Assembly: GCA_052387905.1 (NCBI GenBank)
Contig: JBQTIR010000021.1
Location: forward strand, 64,727 to 88,726
DNA length: 24,000 nt
Direction: 5' to 3'
Origin: Sporichthyaceae bacterium
GTDB taxonomy: Bacteria; Actinomycetota; Actinomycetes; Sporichthyales; Sporichthyaceae
In this document: piece by piece, positions 15,282 through 24,000 of the stretch
Layout of the letters: each line of letters begins with the position of its first letter
How positions within the stretch are numbered: position 1 is the first letter of the stretch
Made by a program: the position numbers and the translations under genes
Notes under the pieces: generated by a model
Told to the model about the DNA's origin: nothing
The model's input: the letters and a program-made list of their open reading frames with translations, nothing else
Databases searched by the model: none

Positions 15282-16356
15282 CGCAGAGTCAGTGCTGGCT
15301 GCACTGGACTTCGAGGGCTGGAGCTGCCCACTGCCGTTGCGGGACAGCCCCGCTGTCGTGATGGGCCACGGCGGCGGCGGGCAACTCTCTGCCGAGTTGG
15401 TCGAGCACTTGTTCATGCCGGCCTTCCGCGGCGGGGACGGTTCGGTGGCCGATCTCGGTGATTCAGCCGTGGTGAGCCTGGGCGGCGCCCGGATCGCGTT
15501 CTCCACCGATACCTACGTGGTGCGGCCGTTGTTCTTCCCTGGTGGTTCGATCGGCGATCTGGCCGTCAACGGCACGGTCAATGATCTGGCGATGAGCGGT
15601 GCGGTCCCGGCATACCTGTCCTGTGGCTTCGTGCTGGAGGAGGGAACGGACCTGGCGGTGGTCGGGCGGATCGCCCACGACCTGGGCGCGGCGGCGCGCG
15701 CCGCCGGGGTCCGGGTCGTCACCGGCGACACCAAGGTCGTGGATGCCGGGCACGGCGATGGCGTGTATCTCAACACCGCCGGCATCGGCGCGGTGCCCGA
15801 CGGTGTCGACATCCGGCCCGATCGGGCCTGCGTCGGAGATGTGATCATCGTCAGCGGCGACATCGGCGTGCACGGCATTGCGATCATGAGTGTGCGGGAG
15901 GGCCTGGAGTTCGGCACCCAGATCGTCTCGGACTGCGCGGCCCTGCACCCCCTGGTCGCGGCAATGCTCGACGTCACCCGGGACCTGCATGTCCTGCGCG
16001 ATCCGACCCGGGGCGGGCTGGCCACCTCGCTGAACGAGATCGCCGCCGCCTCCCGGGTGGGTGTGCGGATCATCGAGCGCTCTGTCCCGGTTCCACCTGA
16101 CGTCGCCGGAGCCTGCGCGTTGCTCGGCCTCGATCCGCTTTACGTCGCCAACGAAGGCAAGCTGGTGGCCTTCGTCCCACGGGAGCACGCCGAGGAGGTG
16201 CTCGCGGTGATGCGTGCGCACCCCCTCGGTGCGGACGCGGCGGTGATCGGTGAGTGCGTCGACGCACATCACGGGATGGTCGTGGCCACCACGACCTTCG
16301 GTGCGACCCGGGTCGTGGATATCCCCTTGGGTGAGCAGTTGCCGCGGATCTGCTGA
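15274..16356 (+). CDS. hypE: Hydrogenase expression/formation protein HypE
   Basis: HGGGGQ N-terminal motif, AIR-synthase-like fold blocks and the C-terminal PRIC. The TTG start overlaps the hypD stop by 8 nt; GTG 15292 is an alternative. Confidence 0.92.
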   Translation: MSDAESVLAALDFEGWSCPLPLRDSPAVVMGHGGGGQLSAELVEHLFMPAFRGGDGSVADLGDSAVVSLGGARIAFSTDTYVVRPLFFPGGSIGDLAVNGTVNDLAMSGAVPAYLSCGFVLEEGTDLAVVGRIAHDLGAAARAAGVRVVTGDTKVVDAGHGDGVYLNTAGIGAVPDGVDIRPDRACVGDVIIVSGDIGVHGIAIMSVREGLEFGTQIVSDCAALHPLVAAMLDVTRDLHVLRDPTRGGLATSLNEIAAASRVGVRIIERSVPVPPDVAGACALLGLDPLYVANEGKLVAFVPREHAEEVLAVMRAHPLGADAAVIGECVDAHHGMVVATTTFGATRVVDIPLGEQLPRIC

Positions 16357-16445
16357 CCGCCGTGGTGCCGCTGCTACTCTCACCCCGGACCGTTCAGCCA
16401 TCCCCTTGTGCGGGCGGTGAGAGATCTGTCGGCGGCGCGTTCTAG

Positions 16446-16840
16446 GGTCGCGCCGAGAGCCGGTCCGGAACCCCCAACGAGGACGACACCTTTTCCTGGA
16501 ATGAGGCGGTGGTGTCCTCCGACGTCGAGCGGCCAAGGCCTTCCACGGCGAGGTCTTCGGGTCGTCGATGCCGATGGGCACCTACTGGGTGATCCAGGGC
16601 GGAGAGCACGGTGGGCTCGGCGGACTCATGGCGCGGCCGCCGGAGTTGCCGACCGGGACGCGCGACCACTGGGGCGTCTACTTCACTGTCGCCGATCTGG
16701 ATCGCAAGATCGGGGAGGTCACGGTCGGTGGCGGATCGCTGTTGTTCGGACCGGACGCGGTCGAGGGAGTGGGTCGCTTCGCCACGGTGGCCGATCCGCA
16801 GGGCGGCGCGTTCCAGATCATCCAGCCCCCGGCCGGCTGA
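16446..16840 (+). pseudogene. VOC/glyoxalase-family gene, frameshifted and lacking a start codon
   Basis: Frame 3 (16446-16532) reads ...TPNEDDTFSWNEAVVSSDVER. Frame 2 continues AKAFHGEVFG..MPMGTYWVIQ...HWGVYFTVADLD...GVGRFATVADPQGGAFQIIQ. One base appears to be missing near 16530-16533 (gagcggccaagg). No ATG/GTG/TTG lies between the TAG at 16443 and the FSWNE block. Confidence 0.6.
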
Positions 16841-16889
16841 TCGCGCCGTTCGCCGACCAGTGGCCCCGGCACTGGGGTAGGAAGGGCGG

Positions 16890-17378
16890 GTGACTGATTC
16901 CGGGTACGAACGCTCCGAGACGACGGCGCAGCGGCTGGACCGGAACTGGGTGGAGCTGCTGCAGGAAGTCCGGGTCGTACAGACTGGCGTCCAGCTCCTC
17001 ACCGGATTTCTGCTCATCCTGCCGTTCCAGGAGCGGTTTTCCCGGCTCAGTGACGCCTCGACGGCGCTCTACCTCGTCGCGGTCTGCCTTGCTGCGGCGT
17101 CAACCGCCTGTCTGATCGCGCCGGTCGCGAGCCACCGCATCCTGTTCCGCCACGGCGCGCGGACGCAGCTGGTCGCCTCGGCGCAGCGGTTCGCGTTGGC
17201 CGGCCTTGCCCTGTTGGGACTCGCGATCATCGCGGTCCTCATGCTGACGTTCGGGATCGTCGTGGGGCGGACGTGGGGCATTGTGGCGGGCGGGGTGGCG
17301 CTGGCGGTTTTCAGCGTGGCCTGGCTGGCACTACCGCTCCTGATGCGTCGACGCCTGGGGACATTGAAGGCCGGTTGA
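16890..17378 (+). CDS. Membrane protein, DUF6328-like
   Basis: GTG start. The N-terminal ETTAQRLDRNWVELLQEVRVVQTGVQLLTGFLL signature is followed by 3-4 hydrophobic helices. Confidence 0.7.
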   Translation: MTDSGYERSETTAQRLDRNWVELLQEVRVVQTGVQLLTGFLLILPFQERFSRLSDASTALYLVAVCLAAASTACLIAPVASHRILFRHGARTQLVASAQRFALAGLALLGLAIIAVLMLTFGIVVGRTWGIVAGGVALAVFSVAWLALPLLMRRRLGTLKAG

Positions 17379-17448
17379 GGTCCAGGGCGGCGCGGCCAGT
17401 GGCGCGACGCTACGGTGCCGGTGACCGATCAGCGAGAGCGGGAGTGCC

Positions 17449-18384
17449 ATGAGTTCCCATGCCCACGACAGTGCCGGCCCGCTGGGCACCGCCACTGAGG
17501 TCGCGAACGGGGTCTACGCCTACGTCCAGCCCGATGGCACCTGGTGGATCAACAACACCGGCTTCCTGGTGGGCTCGCGCGGCGTTGCGGCGGTCGATGC
17601 CTGCGCCACGGAGCGGCGTACCCGGGCCTTGCTGGACACGATCGGCTCGATCACGGCCGCCCCGATCCGGACTCTGGTGAACACCCATCACCACGGTGAC
17701 CACACCTTCGGCAACTACCTGTTCACCGGCGCCACGATCGTGGCCCAGGACCGGGCGCGTGCGGCGATGCTCGGGTTCGGGTCGCCGTTCTCCGCACCGT
17801 TCTGGACCGACATCGAATGGGGCGACGTCGAGATCGCGCCACCGTTCCTGACCTTCGCCGACCGGGTCACGCTCTACAGCGACGAGCTGCGCGCCGAGGT
17901 GATCCACGTCGGCACTCCCGCGCACACCACGAACGATTCCGTGGTGTGGATCCCCGAGCACGGGGTGCTCTTCACCGGGGACCTGGTGTTCAACGGCGGG
18001 ACGCCGTTCCTGTTGATGGGCTCGGCCGCCGGAGCGCTCGAAGCCCTTGCTCAGGTGCGTGCGTTCGGGGCGAGCATCCTGGTCCCCGGCCACGGCCCGG
18101 TGTGCGGGCCGGAGGTCCTTGACGGCATCGAGGCCTACATCCGCTTCGTCGTCGACGTCGCCCACCGCGGCATGGCCGCCGGCCTCACCCCGCTGGACTG
18201 CGCGCGGGAGACCGACCTGGGGGACTTCGCCGCGCTGAGTGACTGCGAGCGCATCGTGGGCAACCTGCACCGCGTCTACGCCGAACTCGGCGGGCTGGAA
18301 CGCGGCGGCCTCATCGACATGCGTGCGGCCCTCGGGGACATGGTCACCTACAACGGCGGCACACCGCTGACCTGCCGCGCCTGA
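17449..18384 (+). CDS. MBL-fold metallo-hydrolase
   Basis: 311 aa with the NTHHHGDH metal-binding motif and the downstream HTTNDS and PGHG blocks. Confidence 0.85.
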   Translation: MSSHAHDSAGPLGTATEVANGVYAYVQPDGTWWINNTGFLVGSRGVAAVDACATERRTRALLDTIGSITAAPIRTLVNTHHHGDHTFGNYLFTGATIVAQDRARAAMLGFGSPFSAPFWTDIEWGDVEIAPPFLTFADRVTLYSDELRAEVIHVGTPAHTTNDSVVWIPEHGVLFTGDLVFNGGTPFLLMGSAAGALEALAQVRAFGASILVPGHGPVCGPEVLDGIEAYIRFVVDVAHRGMAAGLTPLDCARETDLGDFAALSDCERIVGNLHRVYAELGGLERGGLIDMRAALGDMVTYNGGTPLTCRA

Positions 18385-18419
18385 CGGGTGCGCCGTGGGT
18401 TGTCGGGGAGACTGGGCTC

Positions 18420-19286
18420 ATGACCTCGCACTACATCCTCACCCTGGGCTGCCCCGACCGCACCGGCATCGTCGCGCGGATCGCGTCGTTCCTCACCGAC
18501 GCCGGCGGGTGGATCACCGAGGCCGCCTACCACGCCGACCCCGACACCGACTGGTTCTTCACGCGCCAGGTGGTGCGGGCGGACTCGCTGGCCTTCGGGC
18601 TGGAGGAACTGCGCGACCGGTTCGCCGAGCTCGCGGCCGAGCTGGGCGCGGACAAGGGCTGGCGGGTCACCGACACCGCGCTGCCCTCCCGAGTCGTGGT
18701 GCTGGTGTCCAAGGAGGGGCACTGCCTCTACGACCTGCTCGGGCGCTTCGCCGGGAACGAGCTCGGAATGGACATCCGGGCGGTGATCGGCAACCACCGG
18801 GACCTGGAGGCCATCACGCTCGCCCACGGCATCCCGTTCCACCACGTCCCGTTCGGTCCCGGTGCCCAGGACAAGCGCGCGGCCTTCGACGAGGTGCGCA
18901 AGCTGGTCGACGTCGAGTCCCCGGACGCGGTCGTGCTGGCCCGCTTCATGCAGATCCTGCCCGCGGACCTGTGCGAGGCATGGTCGCGTCGGGCGCTGAA
19001 CATCCACCACAGCTTCCTGCCCTCGTTCATCGGGGGAAAGCCGTACCACCAGGCCCACGTGCGCGGAGTGAAGCTGGTCGGGGCGACCTGTCACTACGTC
19101 ACCGCCGACCTCGACGCCGGCCCGATCATCGAGCAGGACGTGATCCGTGTCGATCACACCGACACCGTGCCCGACATGGTCCGCAAGGGCCGCGACATCG
19201 AGAAGGTCGTGCTGGCACGCGGTCTGCGCAATCACCTGGAGGACCGCATCCTGGTCCACGGCAACCGGACCGTCGTTTTCCACTGA
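18420..19286 (+). CDS. purU: Formyltetrahydrofolate deformylase
   Basis: 288 aa. N-terminal ACT domain (ILTLGCPDRTGIVARIASFL) and a formyltransferase domain with NIHHSFLPSF and GATCHYVT.DLDAGPIIEQ. Confidence 0.92.
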   Translation: MTSHYILTLGCPDRTGIVARIASFLTDAGGWITEAAYHADPDTDWFFTRQVVRADSLAFGLEELRDRFAELAAELGADKGWRVTDTALPSRVVVLVSKEGHCLYDLLGRFAGNELGMDIRAVIGNHRDLEAITLAHGIPFHHVPFGPGAQDKRAAFDEVRKLVDVESPDAVVLARFMQILPADLCEAWSRRALNIHHSFLPSFIGGKPYHQAHVRGVKLVGATCHYVTADLDAGPIIEQDVIRVDHTDTVPDMVRKGRDIEKVVLARGLRNHLEDRILVHGNRTVVFH

Positions 19287-19290
19287 GGGT

Positions 19291-20379
19291 CTAATCTCGC
19301 GCGCGCCGCAGGCGGTCGAGTGCGGGGGTGAGCTCTTTCTTCGTCAGGCGGCGGGTTCCGGGGAACAGGCGCAGGTCGATGTCACCGCCGAGGGCCTCCC
19401 AGACCCCGCCGATGCGGCCGTCGACGACGACGATCGGTGAGATCCAGCCGGCCGCTCTGCTGACCAGGACGCGGTGCTCGGCGGCAAGCAGCGTCGGGTC
19501 GCCGGTTCCGGGGCCGAGGACGTAGTCGTCGAAGCCGCCGAGCAGGTGGACCGATCGGCTGGGAGTGGTGGCGAGGAGTTCGTCGACGTGTTCGGCGCAG
19601 AGATAGCCAGGACGGCCCTCGACGTCGACGGCGGTGATCTTCTCGCCGAGTGCGGCGAACCACCCGCGCACCTTCGGGATCCCGGACCCCCCGCCCGTCA
19701 GCCAGGAGTCGAAGGTCTTCGGGCTCGCGGGACCGTACGCGCCGAGGTAGGCGGTGATCGCCGCCGGCGCAGCCTGTTCGACGTCGGGCAAGCCGGCCCA
19801 GCCGGGTGCGCGCGTCGGGCTGGTGAAGGTCACCCGGGTGCCCTTGCTCGGGCCGTGGCAGAGCAGGCCTCGCCAGGCGGCGGGCTTGAGCACCGAACCC
19901 CAACCCGATCGCAGGCGCTCTTCCAGGCCCCGGAACTCGCGGCGCCCCGCAAGTGCGGCCACGAGCTCGTCGCGGGTGTGGGGGGTGCCGGTGACCAGTT
20001 CGGCGAGCGCGTCGCACAGTGCCTCCATCTGAGGTGGCGTCAGGCCCATCGCCCGTTGCCAGGCGGGTTTCTCCCACGTCCGGGCCTGAGCGATCAACGC
20101 GAGGTAGTTACCGGCGTCGCGCGGATCGAACAGGTGCAGGGTGCCGCGCATCGCCCAGGTCTTGATCAACCCGCCCTCGGCCAGAGCCGACGCGGCGCCG
20201 CCCCCGGACGGGTCGACCTGGCGCAGTCGGAGCGCGAGGTCGGCGCACGAGGCCACTTGTGCCTGCACCCCGCACAAGCGCGCCGCGATTGCGCTCGGAC
20301 CCGCGCCGGTCGGATCGGCCACGAACTGCCGGCGCAGGCGCCAGGTGTGTACCTGGTCCCAGCTGACCGAGATGGACAC
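19291..20379 (-). CDS. Winged-helix DNA-binding protein of the YcaQ/AlkZ (HTH_42, DUF1006) family, putative DNA glycosylase
   Basis: GTG 20379 lies 20 nt downstream of the ilvD stop. Blocks are LCGVQAQ, WAMRGTLHLF and LLGGFDDY. The upstream 110 codons of the 472-aa track ORF overlap ilvD and are rejected. Confidence 0.8.
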   Translation of the reverse strand: MSISVSWDQVHTWRLRRQFVADPTGAGPSAIAARLCGVQAQVASCADLALRLRQVDPSGGGAASALAEGGLIKTWAMRGTLHLFDPRDAGNYLALIAQARTWEKPAWQRAMGLTPPQMEALCDALAELVTGTPHTRDELVAALAGRREFRGLEERLRSGWGSVLKPAAWRGLLCHGPSKGTRVTFTSPTRAPGWAGLPDVEQAAPAAITAYLGAYGPASPKTFDSWLTGGGSGIPKVRGWFAALGEKITAVDVEGRPGYLCAEHVDELLATTPSRSVHLLGGFDDYVLGPGTGDPTLLAAEHRVLVSRAAGWISPIVVVDGRIGGVWEALGGDIDLRLFPGTRRLTKKELTPALDRLRRARD

Positions 20380-20399
20380 GTCCCTGCTGGCCGCGCGGT

Positions 20400-22238
20400 T
20401 TAGGGGACGAGCCGGATCGCGCCCTTGTCCGCGGATTGCGCCATCGACGCGTAGGCGCGCAGCGCGGCGGAAACCGGACGTTCGCGCTTGAGTGGCGCCC
20501 AGCCGAGCTCGTCGCGCTCGGCGCGGCGCGCCGCGAGCACCGCATCGTCGACCAGCAGCTCGATCCTCCGGGTCGCGATGTCGATCTCGATCTCGTCGCC
20601 GTCCTCGACGAGGGCGATCAGGCCGCCGCTGGCCGCCTCCGGGGAGACGTGCCCGATGGACAGGCCCGAGGTCCCGCCGGAGAAGCGGCCGTCGGTGATC
20701 AGTGCGCACTTCGCGCCCAGGCCGCGGCCCTTGAGGAAGGACGTCGGGTAGAGCATCTCCTGCATGCCCGGCCCACCCTTGGGACCTTCGTAGCGCACGA
20801 CAACGACATCGCCGGCCACGATCGAGCCGGCCAGGATCGCGGTCACCGCGTCGTCCTGACTCTCACTCACCTTCGCTGGGCCCTTGAAGTAGTGCTGCTC
20901 TTCGGCCACCCCGGCGGTCTTCACGACGCAGCCGTCCGGGGCCAGGTTGCCATAGAGCACGGCCAGGCCGCCGTCGGTGGAGTAGGCGTGCTCGATGTCC
21001 CGCACGCACCCCATCTCGGAGTCGGTGTCCAGCGTGGCCCACGTGACGGTGGAGCTGAAGGCCTCGACGGTGCGCACGCCGCCGGGGGCAGCGGAGAACA
21101 GCTCGGTTGCCGCGGCGGGGGCTCCTGGGCGGCCGATGTCCCACGCGGCCAGCCAGCTGTCCAGGTCAGGGGAGTGCACCGTGTGCACGTTGCGCTCGAG
21201 CAGCCCGCCGCGGTCCAGCTCGGAGAGAATGCGGGGAATTCCGCCCGCCCGGTGCACGTCCTCCATGTGGTACAGCGGCGTGGACGGCGCCACCTTGCAG
21301 ATGCACGGCGTGTGCCGGGACAGCTCGTCGATGTCGGCGAGGTCGAAGTCGATGCCGCCCTCGATCGCCGCGGCCAGCAGGTGCAGGATCGTGTTGGTCG
21401 AGCCGCCCATCGCGATGTCCATGCGCATCGCATTGGAGAACGCCTCGCGGGTCGCGATGTTGCGCGGCAACACCGACTCATCGTCACTGCCGTAGTAGCG
21501 GTTGGCCAGATCGACGACGAGGCGTCCCGCCTCCTGGAACAGGCCCTTACGCGCGAACGAGGTGGCCAGGGTCGAGCCGTTGCCGGGCAACGAGAGCCCG
21601 AGTGCCTCGGTCAGGCAGTTCATCGAATTGGCGGTGAACATGCCCGAACACGACCCGCAGGTGGGGCACGCGGAGCGCTCGATGTCTTCCAGGTCGTCAT
21701 CGGAGACCGCCTCGTCGGCGGAGGCCGTCATCGCCGAGATCAGGTCCAGTTTTGGCCGGGCGACGCCGTTGCGGACGACGGCCTTGCCCGCCTCCATCGC
21801 GCCACCGGAGACGAACACGGTGGGGATGTTCAGGCGCATTGCGGCGATCAGCATGCCGGGGGTGATCTTGTCGCAGTTGGAGATGCAGACCAGGGCGTCG
21901 GCGACGTGCGCCTGAACCATGTACTCCACCGAGTCCGCGATGAGCTCACGGCTGGGCAGGGAGTAGAGCATCCCGCCGTGACCCATCGCAATGCCGTCAT
22001 CGACCGCGATGGTGTTGAACTCGCGGCCGACTCCGCCGGCCTCGGCAACCGCATCGGCGACGAGCGCGCCCATGTTCCGCAGGTGCACGTGGCCGGGAAC
22101 GAACTGCGTGAAGCTGTTCGCGATCGCCACGATCGGCTTGTCGAAGTCATCGTCGGTCATGCCGGTGGCGCGCCACAAAGCGCGCGCGCCGGCCATGTTC
22201 CGACCGTGGGTGGTGGTACGGGAGCGCAGCTCAGGCAT
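20400..22238 (-). CDS. ilvD: Dihydroxy-acid dehydratase
   Basis: 612 aa. Motifs are [32 protein letters not shown] and [11 protein letters not shown], plus the C-terminal GAIRLV-type tail. Confidence 0.97.
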   Translation of the reverse strand: MPELRSRTTTHGRNMAGARALWRATGMTDDDFDKPIVAIANSFTQFVPGHVHLRNMGALVADAVAEAGGVGREFNTIAVDDGIAMGHGGMLYSLPSRELIADSVEYMVQAHVADALVCISNCDKITPGMLIAAMRLNIPTVFVSGGAMEAGKAVVRNGVARPKLDLISAMTASADEAVSDDDLEDIERSACPTCGSCSGMFTANSMNCLTEALGLSLPGNGSTLATSFARKGLFQEAGRLVVDLANRYYGSDDESVLPRNIATREAFSNAMRMDIAMGGSTNTILHLLAAAIEGGIDFDLADIDELSRHTPCICKVAPSTPLYHMEDVHRAGGIPRILSELDRGGLLERNVHTVHSPDLDSWLAAWDIGRPGAPAAATELFSAAPGGVRTVEAFSSTVTWATLDTDSEMGCVRDIEHAYSTDGGLAVLYGNLAPDGCVVKTAGVAEEQHYFKGPAKVSESQDDAVTAILAGSIVAGDVVVVRYEGPKGGPGMQEMLYPTSFLKGRGLGAKCALITDGRFSGGTSGLSIGHVSPEAASGGLIALVEDGDEIEIDIATRRIELLVDDAVLAARRAERDELGWAPLKRERPVSAALRAYASMAQSADKGAIRLVP

Positions 22239-22356
22239 GGCGAGTCCTCACGTTGGGCCCCTCCATCGTACGAGCGTGGATACGGACCCGACGCATGCGC
22301 GTGACCGGGTTCGAACACCTGAGCGAGTCCGGGCGGCTGCTGGGTAGGGTTTCGGT

Positions 22357-23313
22357 ATGACCGCTCTGGAGTTCGCCGTATTCACCGAGCCGCAGCAGGG
22401 CGCGAGCTACGACGGACTACTTGCCGTCGCGCGGGTGAGCGAGGACGCCGGCTTCGACGCGTTCTTCCGCTCCGATCACTACCTGGCCATGGGGAAGCGG
22501 GACCCCTCACCCGGCCCGACCGACGCCTGGATCACCCTGGCCGCTCTGGCGCGGGAGACCTCGCGGGTGCGGCTCGGGACGCTGGTCACCGCCGCCACCT
22601 TCCGGGAGCCAGGCCCGCTGGCCATCGCGGTCGCCCAGGTGGACGCCATGTCCGGTGGCCGGGTCGAGTTCGGCCTGGGTGCCGGCTGGTTCGAGCGCGA
22701 GCACCAGGCCTACGGCCTGCGCTTCCCGGACGTGGGGGAGCGCTTCGACCGCTTCGCCGAGCAGCTCGAGATCATCACCGGCCTGTGGGCGACCGACGGC
22801 GGCTTCAGCTTCTCCGGCAAGCACTACGACGTCGTGGATTCACCGGGACTGCCCAAGCCGGTGCAGCGCCCGGGACCGCCGGTGATCATCGGCGGCGTCG
22901 GGGCCAAACGCACCCCGGACCTCGCCGCGCGCTATGCCGCCGAGTTCAACGTCGCCTTCCAGCGCCTCGACGTCGCCACAACGCAGTTCGGTCGGGTGGA
23001 TGATGCCTGCCGGGCAGTCGGACGCGACCCCGCGACGCTGCGCCGCTCGCTCGGGTACGTGGTGTGCGTCGGACGCGACGACGCCGAACTCGCGCGCCGC
23101 GCCGCGGCCATCGGCCGTGACGTGGACGAGCTGAGGGCCAATGGCCTGGCCGGTTCCCCGGCCGAGATCGTCGACAAACTCGGGCACATCACCGAGGCCA
23201 CCGGCATCGCCCGGGTCTACCTGCAGGTACTCGACCTCTCGGACCTGGCCCACATCGAGCTGATCGCGGCCGAGGTCCTCCCCGCCTTCGCAGGCCAGGG
23301 ATCCACGTGGTGA
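22357..23313 (+). CDS. LLM-class (luciferase-like) F420-dependent oxidoreductase
   Basis: 318 aa. Blocks FTEPQQGASYDGLLAVARVSEDAGFDAFFRSDHY and EFGLGAGW are typical of the actinobacterial F420-dependent LLM subfamily. Confidence 0.85.
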   Translation: MTALEFAVFTEPQQGASYDGLLAVARVSEDAGFDAFFRSDHYLAMGKRDPSPGPTDAWITLAALARETSRVRLGTLVTAATFREPGPLAIAVAQVDAMSGGRVEFGLGAGWFEREHQAYGLRFPDVGERFDRFAEQLEIITGLWATDGGFSFSGKHYDVVDSPGLPKPVQRPGPPVIIGGVGAKRTPDLAARYAAEFNVAFQRLDVATTQFGRVDDACRAVGRDPATLRRSLGYVVCVGRDDAELARRAAAIGRDVDELRANGLAGSPAEIVDKLGHITEATGIARVYLQVLDLSDLAHIELIAAEVLPAFAGQGSTW

Positions 23314-23322
23314 CTCCAGGGG

Positions 23323-23337
23323 CGGCGCTCGGCGCCG
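23323..23337. terminator. GC hairpin CGGCGC-TCG-GCGCCG between convergent genes (weak candidate terminator)
   Basis: 6-bp perfect stem and 3-nt loop, 10 nt after the LLM stop. There is no U-tract. Confidence 0.2.
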
Positions 23338-23344
23338 TACCGCC

Positions 23345-24000
23345 TCACGCGTCACAACCTGGATCTGTGGCCCTCGGCTTCATCTGAAGTACTCGCTCCA
23401 CCTGCGCCAGGACCCACCATGGGCGCAACGTCACGTCCTCCCAGGTGAACCGGAGCAGCCGAGAGCGTCGACATGTGCGACCGCGCGCCGCAGGGCGACG
23501 CATCCGTGGCCGCGCGCTGAGGCCGCGGCCGCACGGAGCGCCCCGGATCTCACCCGTCCATGACGAATGGCGGAGTCCAGGATCACGACGGCATCCAGGA
23601 GCGGCAACGAACGGCCGCAGTCCAGCGCTGTCCGCAGGACGCTGGTGACCGGGAGCGGGTAGGCAATCTCGTCCGGGCGTAAATTCACGCGGTGTACCCG
23701 GACCCCCGCCTCGGTCGGGTGACTTCCGCGCCGCACCGTGACATCGATGCCGCCGATCGGCCGCCACAGATCCAACCTGTGTAGTCGCGCGGCGCTGGCA
23801 TGCGACGCGACGCCGCTCAGCCGGGCTGCTGCGACCAGGGCCGGATCAGTCGACGGGAGCGCGTAGCCGCCGTCCCCCACCGAGACCACGCAGCCTGCGG
23901 CGAGGCCTCGTCCGAGGGCGTATTCGGACACGCCGAGCCGTCGCAGCCGGGTCCAGCTTGCTGCTCCGCCACACGTGCGCAGGGCGATGCTGACGTCCAC
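23345..24000 (-). pseudogene. AbiEi-N-like/DUF559-type protein gene remnant with internal deletion and frame change (5' end at or beyond the window edge)
   Basis: Frame A (23431-24000) encodes an N-terminal region of the kind fused to DUF559 in actinobacteria (...WTRLRRLGVSEYALGRGLAAGCVVSVGDGGYAL...). A second frame (23345 to about 23465) encodes RLLRFTWEDVTLRPWWVLAQVERVL, the extreme C-terminal signature of DUF559 endonuclease-domain proteins. The ~100-aa core between them is absent. Confidence 0.5.

Noticed and set aside
16417-16428. GTGAGAGATCTG downstream of hypE, one mismatch from the GGGAGATCTG motif.
   Set aside because: It is a single imperfect copy outside a promoter context, and is too weak to count as a fourth site.
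1960-16445. Search for mobile-element hallmarks (integrase, transposase, tRNA target, direct repeats) at the edges of the hydrogenase block.
   Set aside because: No such genes are present. The only shared string at the two junctions is the 7-mer CCGCTGC, which is not significant in this GC-rich background. The block is reported only as flanked by damaged genes, not as a defined mobile island.
16408-16893. 161-aa ORF spanning the VOC region in frame 1.
   Set aside because: Its translation is Arg/Gly-rich with no motifs. The other two frames carry the two halves of a recognisable VOC-family protein.
20380-20709. N-terminal 110 codons of the 472-aa minus-strand ORF (19291-20709).
   Set aside because: This part overlaps the 3' end of ilvD and is Arg/Pro-rich nonsense. 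Family similarity begins at VSISVSWDQVHTWRL, which has a GTG start at 20379.
22307-22316. GGGTTCGAAC, resembling a tRNA T-loop, in the ilvD/LLM intergenic region.
   Set aside because: The flanking bases do not form a T-stem (CCGGG...ACCTG). No acceptor, D or anticodon arms can be drawn in the 118-bp gap.
1-24000. CRISPR arrays, rRNA/tRNA genes, riboswitch-like leaders and recognised defence-system gene sets.
   Set aside because: No spaced direct repeats, no conserved RNA motifs and no defence-type domains were seen. The only defence-related trace is the decayed AbiEi-N/DUF559 remnant at the window end.

Overview
Very GC-rich sequence with strong GC3 codon bias, typical of Actinomycetota; composition was judged by eye, not computed. 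The core of the window (about 1969-16356, ~14.4 kb, 17 genes) is a complete group 1h/5 (Hhy-type, high-affinity, O2-tolerant) [NiFe]-hydrogenase locus. It has two divergent transcription units. The plus-strand unit is hhyS-hhyL, four conserved genes of unknown function, the maturation endopeptidase, two tiny ORFs, and hypF-hypC-hypD-hypE. The minus-strand unit is a signal-less YceI-like gene, an XRE-family regulator, hypA and hypB. A 286-bp divergent control region (4269-4554) separates them and is packed with CCGGAA/TTCCGG inverted repeats, a recurring GGGAGATC octamer and an AT-rich box. The hydrogenase itself is a known system. The undescribed parts are the translationally coupled unknown genes between hhyL and the protease, a 34-codon micro-ORF absent from the ORF track, the YceI/XRE accessory pair and the operator-like repeats. 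Both edges of the locus abut damaged genes: a MaoC-like hotdog gene is cut off exactly at the hypB stop on the left, and a VOC/glyoxalase gene on the right is frameshifted and has no start codon. Flanking genes are ordinary. On the left are an ABC ATPase tail, an ABC-2 permease and a degenerate ADP-ribosylglycohydrolase-like ORF. On the right are DUF6328-like, MBL-fold hydrolase, purU, an AlkZ/YcaQ-family winged-helix protein, ilvD, an F420-type LLM oxidoreductase and an internally deleted AbiEi-N/DUF559 remnant. I saw no rRNA, tRNA, CRISPR array, transposase or integrase. All family assignments come from motif recognition by eye, not from searches.
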